From a bacterium (GTDB lineage Bacteria; Hydrothermota; Tepidihabitantia; SM23-42), in the NCBI GenBank assembly GCA_049647165.1, contig JBARXB010000037.1, positions 15,608 to 79,607 of the forward strand: 64,000 nt of DNA, given 5' to 3'. Below are positions 19,145 through 27,075 of the stretch, in pieces (positions within the stretch are counted from its first letter, which is position 1; every line of letters begins with the position of its first letter). A program made the translations under genes and the position numbers. The notes beneath the pieces were generated by a model that did not search any database, was not told the DNA's origin, and saw only the letters and a program-made list of their open reading frames with translations.

Positions 19145-19429
19145 ATGCTCATACTTAATATTTGCCTGATGCTTATAAATAGTGATTTTGTAATTTGCGG
19201 ACACCAGGAGCAGCAGTTTCAGCCAAGTGTGATATATGTTGACGGCCTGTACTGTGTCTTTTGGTCTGACTTCCGCCAGGGCATGTCAATATACGGAGCA
19301 CGCGTAAGACCAGACGGTACAGTTATTGACACCACCGGGGTGTTTCTTTATCAGGGATATTCTACCTATGATCTCCGTACTGCTTATGATGGACAGAATC
19401 TTCTCTTTGTATTTCGGTACGGCTGCTGA
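19145..19429 (+). CDS. N-terminal segment (signal peptide plus first repeats) of a repeat protein, ended by an in-frame TGA
   Basis: SD GAGGA. Same frame as 19451-20437. The repeat motif hhVFW...IYGARVRPDG continues across the stop codon. Confidence 0.55.
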   Translation: MLILNICLMLINSDFVICGHQEQQFQPSVIYVDGLYCVFWSDFRQGMSIYGARVRPDGTVIDTTGVFLYQGYSTYDLRTAYDGQNLLFVFRYGC

Positions 19430-19450
19430 AATATCGGTGATATCATTGGA

Positions 19451-20437
19451 GTGCGGGTCACTCCAGATCTTCAAATATTGAGTATAGTACCAGTAAAAGT
19501 GGATAGTGCCGTGTCACGCGAACCGGATATTGTTTTTGGCGCAGAAAATTACCTTGTCGTCTGGTCAGACGGGATTTTTGGCGGCGCACACAAGGTTCAA
19601 GCAGCCCGAGTGACGCCGGATGGTATGGTCCTTGATTCAGGTGTATTTTTTGGAATGGATGCTTATTGTGAATACAGCCCAGCAGTTTCTTTTGACGGGC
19701 AGCGTTTCTTTGCGGTCTGGTATAACTACGCTGATACCCCGGCTGGTCTTTTCGGTCGTTTCATCAGTACTGCATGTCAGCCTGAGGGTCATGAACTCGC
19801 CATCAGGGTGCTGACCGAGGGTGCTCCGTTAGAACCTGACATTGCCTTTGGTGACAGCAGTTATCTCGTTGTCTGGCATGAACCATCACCTTTTTATGAT
19901 GATGACATATACGGACAGATTGTTTCTACCCAGGGCGAGATGCTCGGTGATATTATTCCGATCGCAACTGGTTCTGCTTATCAGTACTTGCCGCGCGTTT
20001 GTGCTGGTGATAGTAATTTTCTTGTCGTATGGAATCAAGACTGTGCTATTTACGGTCAGTGGTTAACCATGTCTGGTGAGCTTATCGGCACGAACTTTTC
20101 GATATCAGATACGGTCAGCTGCACCCGCGATTGCCCGGCTCTTGCGATCAATAGTACTCGGTGTTTGGTTGCCTGGCAGCAATTCAATAATGGTAATTTT
20201 GACATATTCGGTAATCTTGATATTGAGCTGGGTCTTGCACAAAAACCAGTGAGCTGGTACAGCCATGAGGTTCTTACGGCCACGATCATTACCGGACCGC
20301 TGCTCTTGCCCCAGACACCAGAGCACCATGTGTTTGACATCTCAGGGAGGATCGCTGATCCTTTATGTCTTGGTCCTGGCATTTATTTTATAGAATGTGG
20401 TGGGGAATTGATTCGGAAAGTCGTGAAGATTCGTTAG
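19451..20437 (+). CDS. repeat protein with short-form T9SS C-terminal sorting domain (continuation of 19145-19429)
   Basis: The frame is open from 19430. It carries six repeats of YLVVW/FLVVW...I(Y/F)G. The C-terminus is HVFDISGRIADPLCLGPGIYFIECGGELIRKVVKIR. Confidence 0.7.
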   Translation: MRVTPDLQILSIVPVKVDSAVSREPDIVFGAENYLVVWSDGIFGGAHKVQAARVTPDGMVLDSGVFFGMDAYCEYSPAVSFDGQRFFAVWYNYADTPAGLFGRFISTACQPEGHELAIRVLTEGAPLEPDIAFGDSSYLVVWHEPSPFYDDDIYGQIVSTQGEMLGDIIPIATGSAYQYLPRVCAGDSNFLVVWNQDCAIYGQWLTMSGELIGTNFSISDTVSCTRDCPALAINSTRCLVAWQQFNNGNFDIFGNLDIELGLAQKPVSWYSHEVLTATIITGPLLLPQTPEHHVFDISGRIADPLCLGPGIYFIECGGELIRKVVKIR

Positions 20438-20470
20438 ATTGCAAAACCTGGAATTTTTTAGGAGGAATGA

Positions 20471-22183
20471 ATGAGCAAATTCTCGATACAGATCGATCCG
20501 CTGACCGGGGAGAAATACGTCAACGTTCCATTGACCGGTCAGCAATTAGTTGAGCAACCCATATACAACAAGGGTTCAGCTTTTACAGAACAGGAAAGGG
20601 AAGAACTCGGTCTCTACGGTATTCTTCCCCGGCACAGCTCAACAATGAATGAACAACTGCGCAGAACTTATGAGAACTACTCTTTAAAAACATCTCCCAT
20701 TGAGAAATTCATTTTTTTACTTGGCCTTCTCGATCGTAATGAAACTTTGTTTTACCGTTTAGTCCTTGATAATGCTGAGGAGATGCTGCCGATCGTCTAT
20801 ACACCGACTGTGGGTGAGGCAGCCAAGACATACAGCCACATGTTCCGTCGTCCCCGTGGACTGTATATACCAGCGGATCAGATTTCACATATCGACAAAA
20901 TACTATCAAATACTCCTTTCTCAAATATCAGTCTGATCGTTGTTACTGACGGTGAGCGCATACTGGGTCTCGGAGATCAGGGTGTCGGCGGTATGGCGAT
21001 ACCAGTGGGCAAGACAAGCCTTTATGTGGTGGGTGCTGGTCTGCATCCAGCATTATGTTTACCAATCCTGCTTGATGTCGGTACGAATAGAGAAGAGGCT
21101 CTCAATGATCCCTTATACCTCGGGCTACAACATAAGAGATTGACCGGCAATGAGTATGATGCGGTTGTGGAAGATTTTGTAGAGGGTATAAAGAGATGTT
21201 TTCCACATGCCCTCTTGCAATGGGAAGATTTTGGCAAACACCATGCCCGGCGTATTTTATTAAGATATCAGAAGCGTATATGCTCATTCAACGATGATAT
21301 TCAGGGCACAGGTGCAGTGGCGCTTGCCGTTATACAATCGGCGGTTGGTGGAAAAAAAGAAAAAATCAAGGACCAGCAATATGTCATCTTTGGTTTTGGT
21401 CAGGCGGGTTATGGTATTGCACACACACTCGTTCATAGTTTGATAGAGGAAGGACTCTCCCAAGTAAAAGCAAAGGAAAAGATATATATTGTTGATAAAG
21501 ATGGGTTGGTTTTTGAAGATATGAATCCGGATGAGTATCAAACTCCATTTGCTCAAAAAAGAGGTATTGCATCAGGCTGGGATTTAAAAGATTCAAATAG
21601 GATCGGTCTTTTTGATACCGTATTGAATACTCATGCTACCGTTCTTATAGGAACATCCGGGCAGAGCAATGCATTTACTGAAGATGTGCTTGTTCAAATG
21701 GCAGTTAATACCGCAATACCCGTGATATTGGTTCTTTCAAATCCGACCATGCAGAGTGAGTGTACACCAGAGCTCGTATACCGGGCTACAAAGGGTAAGT
21801 GTTTTATGGCAACCGGCAGTCCTTTTCCACCGGTTATGGTCAACGGCTCAGAGCATAGAATTTCTCAATGCAATAATATGTATATTTTCCCGGGCGTCGG
21901 TTTAGGCGCGATCATTTCTATGACACCCAGGGTTACTGACAATATGTTCATTGCCGCATCCAAAGCGCTGGCAAAAATGGTTTCACCTCAGAACGCGGCT
22001 AAAGGGATCTTGCTCCCTGACATCCACGATATCAGAAAAGTATCTGAGGAAGTTGCCTTTGCAGTTGCTCAAGAAGCACGCGAGGCTGGTCTTGGCATCC
22101 GGCACTCAGATGAGAAACTCAGGGACCTGGTGAAAAATTCAATGTGGATGCCTGAATATCTTCCCTACCGGCATGAGGATTAG
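20471..22183 (+). CDS. maeA: NAD(P)-dependent malic enzyme (oxaloacetate-decarboxylating)
   Basis: Large-type malic enzyme length, with motifs NKGSAFTEQERE, VYTPTVGEA, VVTDGERILGLGDQG, FNDDIQGTG. Confidence 0.9.
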   Translation: MSKFSIQIDPLTGEKYVNVPLTGQQLVEQPIYNKGSAFTEQEREELGLYGILPRHSSTMNEQLRRTYENYSLKTSPIEKFIFLLGLLDRNETLFYRLVLDNAEEMLPIVYTPTVGEAAKTYSHMFRRPRGLYIPADQISHIDKILSNTPFSNISLIVVTDGERILGLGDQGVGGMAIPVGKTSLYVVGAGLHPALCLPILLDVGTNREEALNDPLYLGLQHKRLTGNEYDAVVEDFVEGIKRCFPHALLQWEDFGKHHARRILLRYQKRICSFNDDIQGTGAVALAVIQSAVGGKKEKIKDQQYVIFGFGQAGYGIAHTLVHSLIEEGLSQVKAKEKIYIVDKDGLVFEDMNPDEYQTPFAQKRGIASGWDLKDSNRIGLFDTVLNTHATVLIGTSGQSNAFTEDVLVQMAVNTAIPVILVLSNPTMQSECTPELVYRATKGKCFMATGSPFPPVMVNGSEHRISQCNNMYIFPGVGLGAIISMTPRVTDNMFIAASKALAKMVSPQNAAKGILLPDIHDIRKVSEEVAFAVAQEAREAGLGIRHSDEKLRDLVKNSMWMPEYLPYRHED

Positions 22184-22197
22184 AAAGAGGGGGTCTA

Positions 22198-22225
22198 TTG
22201 ACTCACCTTTTTTCATATATATAAT
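22198..22225 (+). promoter_or_regulatory. sigma70-type promoter TTGACT-16-TATAAT
   Basis: TTGACT at 22198-22203 and TATAAT at 22220-22225. Confidence 0.55.
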
Positions 22226-22251
22226 TAGTATCTACAGAACGAGGATATTTC

Positions 22252-23652
22252 ATGACTCTAAATGAATTACAAAAGAAGGTTGTTGGTTTGTATGAAAAGG
22301 TCGTTTTGCTCGATGGTTCCAGGATTCCTTATGTCAATTTTGACAATGCGTCGAGTACCCCGACATTTTTACCGGTACAGCAAAAAGTCGATGAATTCTG
22401 CAAGTGGTATTCGAATGTTCATCGGGGAACCGGTTTCAAATCACAGATCTCATCCTGGGTTTTTGAAGAAGCAAGGGATACAATCGCTAAATTCGTAAAT
22501 GCGGACGAGAAATCGAGTGTTATATTTTGCAAGAACACAACCGAGGCGATCAATAAACTCGCCGGTCGGTTCCGGTGTCCAGCCGCCGGTGGGGAAAAGC
22601 CGGTTATCCTGACCACGATAATGGAACATCATTCAAATGAACTTCCCTGGCGACAGATTGGTGAAGTCATTCATGTTGGACTCAACCCGGACGGTACGAT
22701 CGATATTACAGACTTCGATGAAAAATTAAGAAAGTATCGGGGGCTAATTCAGCTGGTCGCGGTTACCGGTGCCTCGAATGTTACCGGGTATATAAACCCG
22801 ATCCATGATCTGGCAAGAAAGGCTCACAGCATCGGTGCCGAGATTGTAATCGATGCGGCACAGCTCGCTCCCCATCGTCCGATCGATGTGCGCCCCAGTA
22901 CTGATCCGGAGCATCTTGATTATGTCGCATTCTCAGCGCACAAGATGTACGCACCCTACGGCATTGGTGTTCTGGTTACCACGAAGAATATTTTCAAGAT
23001 CGGTGCACCTCAACATGTCGGAGGCGGTACGGTCGATATCGTTAGCCTTGAGAGTGTATACTGGAAAGACCTGCCTGAACGTGAGGAAGCAGGTACGCCG
23101 GATATCATCGGTGTCGTTGCCCTTGCAAAAGTTATTATGTTGATAAACGAAGTCGGCTTTCAATCGATCATAGACCACGAAGCCAAGTTGACATCATATG
23201 CGCTTAAAAAATTATCCGAAATGCCCGAGGTAATCATTTACGGTGAAAGGAATCCCGAAAAAGCGCATGAACGTCTCGGGGTAATTGCTCTAAACATCGA
23301 AGGTATTAACCATGCTTTGGCTGCCGCGATCTTGAGTTATGAGGGTGGTATCGGTGTACGCAATGGTTGTTTTTGTGCACATCCTTATGTAAAACGTCTA
23401 CTCGGAGTCGATCGGGAAGATGCCAAAAAGGTTGAGGAGTATATTCTCGCCCGTGACCGTTCCAAAATCCCAGGCACAATCAGGGTAAGTTTTGGTTTGT
23501 ATAATGCCACCGAGGAGATCGATCACCTTTGCGAGATGATCAAGATGATCATTGAGAAAAAATACAAGGGTAAGTATCTCTTAAATAAAGAGCGGGGTGA
23601 TTACTACCCTGAAGGCTTTGAGATGAACTTTCCCTCTTTTTTTCATTTATAA
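22252..23652 (+). CDS. class V aminotransferase-fold PLP enzyme (cysteine desulfurase-like)
   Basis: PLP-lysine context FSAHKMYAPYGIGVL. NVHRG and HHSNELPW motifs typical of the SufS/CsdA-like family. Confidence 0.75.
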   Translation: MTLNELQKKVVGLYEKVVLLDGSRIPYVNFDNASSTPTFLPVQQKVDEFCKWYSNVHRGTGFKSQISSWVFEEARDTIAKFVNADEKSSVIFCKNTTEAINKLAGRFRCPAAGGEKPVILTTIMEHHSNELPWRQIGEVIHVGLNPDGTIDITDFDEKLRKYRGLIQLVAVTGASNVTGYINPIHDLARKAHSIGAEIVIDAAQLAPHRPIDVRPSTDPEHLDYVAFSAHKMYAPYGIGVLVTTKNIFKIGAPQHVGGGTVDIVSLESVYWKDLPEREEAGTPDIIGVVALAKVIMLINEVGFQSIIDHEAKLTSYALKKLSEMPEVIIYGERNPEKAHERLGVIALNIEGINHALAAAILSYEGGIGVRNGCFCAHPYVKRLLGVDREDAKKVEEYILARDRSKIPGTIRVSFGLYNATEEIDHLCEMIKMIIEKKYKGKYLLNKERGDYYPEGFEMNFPSFFHL

Positions 23653-25655
23653 ACCTTAACTTTTCTTCGTTTTTGGATAATGTAAGCTATTCCATAAACA
23701 GCGATACCGATCATATACATATAATATCTCAAACCCTCATTTAAGTCGAATAACTTAGTAATGATCCCGGGGTAAAAAAGTATCAATGAAGCGATGAGGA
23801 ATATCGGTATCTCATACCATTTATTCTTGATCAAGAACCAACCCTGTACAGCATTGGTAAATGCAAAAGCACCGAATACGGCCATGACAAAGATGAGTAA
23901 AGCTTGAGCTACATTATTGACACCAAAGAGCACGAGCTCGGCATTGAATACGAACATAAAAGGAATGACCGCAGTCCTTAGATCATACATGAATCCTTTG
24001 ATGCCGGTGCTTATTGGGTCTGATTTCGCGATTGCTGCCGCACTGTAAGCAGCAAGCCCCACCGGTGGTGTGTCATCAGCGAGTATCCCGAAATAGAAAC
24101 AGAACAAATGAGCTGCTATAGCAGGGATATAGCTTATACCGCTACGCGCACCCAGGGTAATAATGACCGGTACAGTGATCGATGCCATAACAATATACGT
24201 CGCGGTCGTTGGCAAGCCCATACCGATTATTAAACTGGCGATAGCGGTTATCAGCAAAAGCAAGAATATATTGCCGGCTGAGAGTATTTCCACGATCTGC
24301 ACGATCATGCTGCCAATGCCCATGGTAACGATCCCAACAACGATACCAGCACACGCGGTTGCAAGAGCAACGGAAAGCATGTTACGCGAACCGGCGATGA
24401 GACCGCTGCCGATAGTTTTAAAACTATTTATGAAGGCCTGCATGATACTCTTTTTTGTCTTGCTGACTTTGATGAGTTCGCGTACCATTATAATGATCAT
24501 GAGAACGATGATCGCATTGAATGCAGCTAATTTAGGGGTGTGGCGTATGACCATCAGTTCATACATGAGCATGAAAAGCGGGATCAGGTAGTAGAAACCA
24601 TTCTTCATAACCGCCCAAAAACTCGGGATATCGGATTTTGGCAAGCCTCTCATTCCTAGCTTTGAAGCTTCCAAATGGGTAATGTAAAATAGGGCAAAGT
24701 ACGAAACAAAAGCAGGGATCGCAGCAGCTCGCACCACATCAAGATACGGTATGCTAAGGTATTCGGCGATGATGAAGGCCGCTGCGCCCATGATCGGTGG
24801 CATGAGCTGACCATTTGTACTCGCCGCTACTTCGGTGGCCGCGGCGATCTTGCTCGGATAACCGACTTTTTTCATGAGCGGGATCGTGAACGTTCCCGTC
24901 GTAACAACATTTGCAATGCTTGACCCTGAGACAAGACCGGTGAAGCCGCTGGCCACGACCGCGGCTTTTGCCGGTCCTCCTTTGTATTTACCGAGCAATG
25001 AAATCGCCAGATCATTAAAAAAGTGGACCGCTCCGGCACGTTCAAGCATTGCCCCGAGTAAGACAAAAAGAAAAACCGTATTGGCTGACACATCAAGGGG
25101 GATACCGTAGATACCCTCGGTCGATAGAGCAACCTGACTGAGATATTTCTCTAATGATACTCCGCGCAAGGCGAAGACCGTCGGCATATAGGGCGCGAAG
25201 AAAGCATACAGGGTGAATAATATGGCGATGATAACCAAAGGCAGGCCGATGACTCGCCGTGAAGCTTCGAAGACCATGAGGATGAGAAGTATACTCATCA
25301 CCATATCTCTGCTGTTTGGGATCCCGGCACGCATCGATATCCCGGTCCAGTCAAATACGATGTACAAAACTGCAAGACACGCAAGACCGGCCAAAACAAA
25401 ATCCAACAAAGGGATATGTGTTTTTGTATTAATGAATTTTATCGCCCGCAGCCGTTTGGCAAAAGGTAAGCACAAGAAAACCAGGACTATGGCAAAACAA
25501 AGATGGATCGCCCGGACCGTGATACTATCGAGGATTATTAAACGGGGTAGGGCGAGTTGAAAAAGCGCCCAGCTGAGCGAAACAGCACCGATGATGAATC
25601 GATCAAAGCGCTTTTTATCCCTCGTGTTGCCGATCAATTCTTTCACATACTTCAT
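23643..25655 (-). CDS. TRAP transporter fused (4TM/12TM) permease, TAXI type
   Basis: 670-aa polytopic membrane protein immediately downstream of a TAXI solute receptor gene. The sequence style is that of fused DctQM-like permeases. Confidence 0.8.
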   Translation of the reverse strand: MKYVKELIGNTRDKKRFDRFIIGAVSLSWALFQLALPRLIILDSITVRAIHLCFAIVLVFLCLPFAKRLRAIKFINTKTHIPLLDFVLAGLACLAVLYIVFDWTGISMRAGIPNSRDMVMSILLILMVFEASRRVIGLPLVIIAILFTLYAFFAPYMPTVFALRGVSLEKYLSQVALSTEGIYGIPLDVSANTVFLFVLLGAMLERAGAVHFFNDLAISLLGKYKGGPAKAAVVASGFTGLVSGSSIANVVTTGTFTIPLMKKVGYPSKIAAATEVAASTNGQLMPPIMGAAAFIIAEYLSIPYLDVVRAAAIPAFVSYFALFYITHLEASKLGMRGLPKSDIPSFWAVMKNGFYYLIPLFMLMYELMVIRHTPKLAAFNAIIVLMIIIMVRELIKVSKTKKSIMQAFINSFKTIGSGLIAGSRNMLSVALATACAGIVVGIVTMGIGSMIVQIVEILSAGNIFLLLLITAIASLIIGMGLPTTATYIVMASITVPVIITLGARSGISYIPAIAAHLFCFYFGILADDTPPVGLAAYSAAAIAKSDPISTGIKGFMYDLRTAVIPFMFVFNAELVLFGVNNVAQALLIFVMAVFGAFAFTNAVQGWFLIKNKWYEIPIFLIASLILFYPGIITKLFDLNEGLRYYMYMIGIAVYGIAYIIQKRRKVKVYK

Positions 25656-25757
25656 GGGGTCAAATCTTGACTATTGACAATTGCCTTTTTCTGTAACGAT
25701 CGAAATATGTTTCGGTTTTTCCTGATTGAAAATTGTCAATAGTCAAGATTTGACCCC
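25656..25757. repeat. perfect 27-bp inverted repeat with a 48-nt loop, between the TAXI receptor and permease genes
   Basis: GGGGTCAAATCTTGACTATTGACAATT at 25656-25682 and its exact reverse complement at 25731-25757. The left arm abuts the permease ATG. Confidence 0.9.
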
Positions 25758-25762
25758 ATCAG

Positions 25763-26764
25763 CTATTCAATGATCAATTTTGGATCGATGTGTTTATCGA
25801 GACCTGCCTCTTTGTAGTATTTCAGAGCTCCTCTATGGATTGGTGCGGAAAGACCCTCGAGCATATTCTCTTTGGTGAGTACTTCATATGCCGGATGAAG
25901 GGCTTTGAATTCTTCGAAATTTTCAAAGACAACTTTGGTCATTGCATAAACAATGTCTTCGCTTACGTTCTTTGATGTAATAAAAGTTGCCTTAACACCG
26001 ATCGTTTCAATATTTTCAGTATTCAATGCCCGGGGATAGAATGAATGCGGTATCAGCGCCTTTGCATAGTACATATATTCACTTATCATCTTGTCTCTGG
26101 TCTTGCCCGTGATCGGTATGATGCGTACTTTAATGCGACCAGAGGTTGCCTCTTTTATATTGCCGTTAGGATGACCCACGGTATAGAAGAAACCATCCAG
26201 CCTTTCATCCTGGAGTAAACCAGGTGCTTCTACCGCTTTTACATATTCTGAAGATATGTCATTTTCCGCAAAACCAGCGGCTAATAAGACGTCTTTTGAA
26301 TTCTGTAATTGACCCGACCCTGGATTCCCCAGGTTTATTCTTTTTTCCTTTAGATCTTCAATCGTTTCGATCTTGCTATCCTCTGAGACAACAAGAGTTA
26401 TGGGCTCGGGGTGAATGGCAAAGATCGATCTCAGGCTCGTCTGGGGACCAGCTTTGGACCATTCAGCCATACCTTTATAAGCTTGATACTGCCGGTCGGA
26501 CTGAGCAATGCCGAATTCCATATCACCGGTCAGCACGGCATTGATATTGAAGACAGACCCGCTCGTTGACTCAACTGTCGCTTTTATCTTGAATTCTTTG
26601 ACCCGTTTATTGAGCATACGGCTCAGCGCGCCACCGGTTGGATAGTAGAGACCCGTGACACCACCGGTGCCGATCGTTACAAAAGTTGCTTTTTCAGTTT
26701 GACAGCCGTTCAGGCTAATGATTATCACATTCAAAGCTAATAAAATACATGATATTTTGCGCAT
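25763..26764 (-). CDS. TAXI-family TRAP transporter solute-binding lipoprotein
   Basis: TGGVTGLYYPTGGALSRMLN motif. Lipobox SLNGC. I prefer the start at MRKIS, which has SD GGAGG. A TTGACA-16-TATACT promoter lies at 26783-26810 on the minus strand. Confidence 0.85.
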   Translation of the reverse strand: MRKISCILLALNVIIISLNGCQTEKATFVTIGTGGVTGLYYPTGGALSRMLNKRVKEFKIKATVESTSGSVFNINAVLTGDMEFGIAQSDRQYQAYKGMAEWSKAGPQTSLRSIFAIHPEPITLVVSEDSKIETIEDLKEKRINLGNPGSGQLQNSKDVLLAAGFAENDISSEYVKAVEAPGLLQDERLDGFFYTVGHPNGNIKEATSGRIKVRIIPITGKTRDKMISEYMYYAKALIPHSFYPRALNTENIETIGVKATFITSKNVSEDIVYAMTKVVFENFEEFKALHPAYEVLTKENMLEGLSAPIHRGALKYYKEAGLDKHIDPKLIIE

Positions 26765-26876
26765 GGTAGAACCTCCTACCATAGTATAGTAATCTGTTCA
26801 TCAATGTCAAGAAAACATGAGTATTTCTGATTCATTTTATAAGATTTAGAGAAACGAGCATGTGCTAAACGAGTAA

Positions 26877-27017
26877 ATGCACTTTTTGTATAGTTTTGCA
26901 GGCAATTATAATTATCGTATGGCTACGACATCAGCTGGTGTTTATTTTTATAGACTGACGACAGAATATGAAAGCGCGATCGGCAAATTGATATTAGTTA
27001 ATTTTTATGAGAATTAG
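26877..27017 (+). pseudogene. possible relic of a T9SS C-terminal sorting domain
   Basis: The 46-codon ORF ends SAGVYFYRLTTEYESAIGKLILVNFYEN. GVYFYRL...KLILV is the terminal strand pattern of T9SS CTDs. There is no upstream gene body. Confidence 0.3.
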
Positions 27018-27042
27018 TATCGCCGACCAATTCAATATTATC

Positions 27043-27070
27043 TTTACAAGTTCATTGATTTTGCTATAAT
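27043..27070 (+). promoter_or_regulatory. promoter TTTACA-16-TATAAT placed for a leaderless kinase mRNA
   Basis: The -10 ends at 27070 and the ATG is at 27076. No SD is present. Confidence 0.5.
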
Positions 27071-27075
27071 CTGCC

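Noticed and set aside
4458-19429. Selenocysteine insertion at the two in-frame TGA codons.
   Set aside because: - Neither site is in a redox motif. One lies just after a signal peptide and the other in a variable loop of a beta-repeat.
- Only short hairpins follow, such as the 6-bp stem at 19448-19464. These do not resemble a bacterial SECIS in size or spacing.
- I kept this only as a low-probability alternative in the findings.
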